Origin: Takakia lepidozioides
Lineage: Eukaryota > Plantae > Bryophyta
Length of the DNA: 64,000 nt
Direction: 5' to 3'
NCBI GenBank assembly: GCA_030704615.1
Contig: CM060733.1
Span: 58,280,001 to 58,344,000, forward strand
The notes under the pieces are model-generated. The model did not search any database and was not told where the DNA came from. It was given only the letters and a program-made list of their open reading frames with translations. The position numbers were made by a program, and so were the translations under genes. Shown piece after piece: positions 62,541 through 64,000 of this stretch. The stretch's first letter is position 1. Each line of letters begins with the position of its first letter.

Positions 62541-63445
62541 TTAAAGACTTATCAATGCATGATTTGCATTGCACATCTGTGAAATCAAGTGGCGAATCAC
62601 GTAGTCTTGCATGAGGTTCCTTGCAAGATGCATCACAAAAGATGTATCTTATTTGGTGATGTATTTATGAATTGAAAAGACCGCGAAGAATTATGAAAAG
62701 ACAATTATAATATAATGTAAACAACAAGTTATACCAGTTGACATTAATTCATTTTCCATTGTTTTTAATCCGTTGTAATGCCTCAGTTTGTTTGTACGTT
62801 TGTACTTCAATTTTTGTAACCTATTTCACATGTTTTGTCCATTTTGGTTAAATACGACGTACAATAGCTCTGGTTGTGTAAGGATCCAAAATGAATTGAA
62901 CGTCATTATTAGCGTGCCATCTATAGACAATTTTCCAAAAGAATTTGTCCTAATGTCAATCACTTTCCTATGTAAGAATATAGTAGCTTTCTTCAATTTG
63001 CTTCTCAACACTGCGAAAAAATTAATTTTTTTCTTAAAACAAAACAAAAAAAAAAAACAGAGAGAGAAAGATATGCAAATCTATATCCATTTAAACTGAT
63101 TCTAAGAAGGTATTATGCTCGCTTCCCAAGGAAGCCACTAGGAATAAGATGTACTCGTGCCATCTGACGGTACTTTTTCCGGATTCAGGCAGCTTGGGGC
63201 TCCTCTGGGGGGGGGGTTTGTCAAGTCCTCCCCACCCCCTCTTACCTTGGTTTCACTATTACCCTCTCTAAGAATCCAAAAAGGTGCCATGTGTCGTGGT
63301 GGGTAGCGAGTTGGTAAGGTGTTTGCAGTGCAGGCGGCAAGATATCAGGTTCGAATCTTGATGGAAGGCTATTGTAGTGTAACCCGGGTACCCCAACCGG
63401 TGTAACCCTGTGTAACCCCAGTGTCTCGTCTAACTCTTCTTAGTC

Positions 63446-63689
63446 CATTTTATACTTACTCAAATTTCGAGACCGTGGAGTTACACACCCCGTCGTGGTC
63501 TTCGGTTCCATGTCACTCTCTAGAGAGGGTGGGGAAGATTTAACATGCCGGAAACCGGCGTACCATTTTATACTTAGTCAAATTTCGAGACCACGTGAGT
63601 GGAGTAACACACCCCCTCGTGGTCCTTCAGTTCCATGTCACTCTCAAGAGAGGGTGGGGAAGATTTAACATGCCAGAAACCGGCGAACC
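63446..63689. repeat. Two tandem ~120-bp repeats inside an insertion (~63121-63727) in the Helitron
   Basis: CCATTTT(T)ATACTTA.TCAAATTTCGAGACC..GAGAGGGTGGGGAAGATTTAACATGCC.GAAACCGGCG occurs twice. Confidence 0.85.
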
Positions 63690-64000
63690 AAAGTTTGCAC
63701 ATGTGCATTAAGTTCTTCCATTCTTACCTCATTTCTAGTATTCTCCCATTTCCATGACATGTAAAGTGTATAAATAAAGAAATAAAAATTCATTTGAACA
63801 GATTGGTTATTATCTGTTTGAGCAATTGGTAGAAGAATTTTTGTTTTATGCATAGGTGATAAAAGGGTATTGAAAACGACATATTAGCTCCCCTTTTTTT
63901 CAACTTGTTTGGCTAGATGTGTTGGAGCCTCTTGAAAATATGGGTCTAGAAGAGAAACATCACATGCTATGTATTGTCAACAAAACATTACATCATCTGC

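Larger units (their letters stand above)
60700..64000 (-). mobile_element. Helitron2/Helentron-type RepHel pseudogene (HUH-Y2 Rep plus PIF1 helicase), interrupted by two insertions and running off the window end
   Basis: Rep: CRF.YP..PM.KTKIL.P, KKATIFLHRK..DIRTN, WHANNDVQFILDPY..CTSYLTK, FINTSP, RPDNLEPLSL. Helicase: G.GT.KTFTL, NIDGTTIHS, LLVIDEISL, HQVMYQ...FIQVL, HLFYTN. Confidence 0.85.

Overview
Eukaryotic nuclear DNA, most likely from a non-seed land plant (inferred from PLS-class PPR fragments, a Ure2p/nu-type GST fragment, a Tcn1-like chromovirus and RTE/RTEX-like LINEs). The window is mostly nested, decayed transposable elements: a Ty3/gypsy chromovirus with its 3' LTR, Ty1/copia, two PIF/Harbinger elements, a CMC/EnSpm-like transposase, a Helitron2/Helentron-type RepHel, two LINE families, a tRNA-derived SINE, and hAT, mariner and piggyBac-like MITEs. 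Two host genes stand out. One is a complete 13-exon squalene synthase-like gene (42562-52505, +, 407 aa) with an open frame but substitutions in the FLAP, the first DxxED motif and the NADPH-binding VKIRK loop. The other is an intronless ARFRP1/ATGB1 small GTPase with a single homopolymer frameshift (13208-13820, +). Other notable items: a TTAA-flanked piggyBac-like MITE family, a scrambled gene fusing OSB-type PDF DNA-binding motifs to PLS-PPR repeats, a captured ICE1/SCRM exon inside a LINE in an SQS intron, and a foldback element built from 26-bp palindromes. All assignments come from reading motifs by eye; no database search was run.
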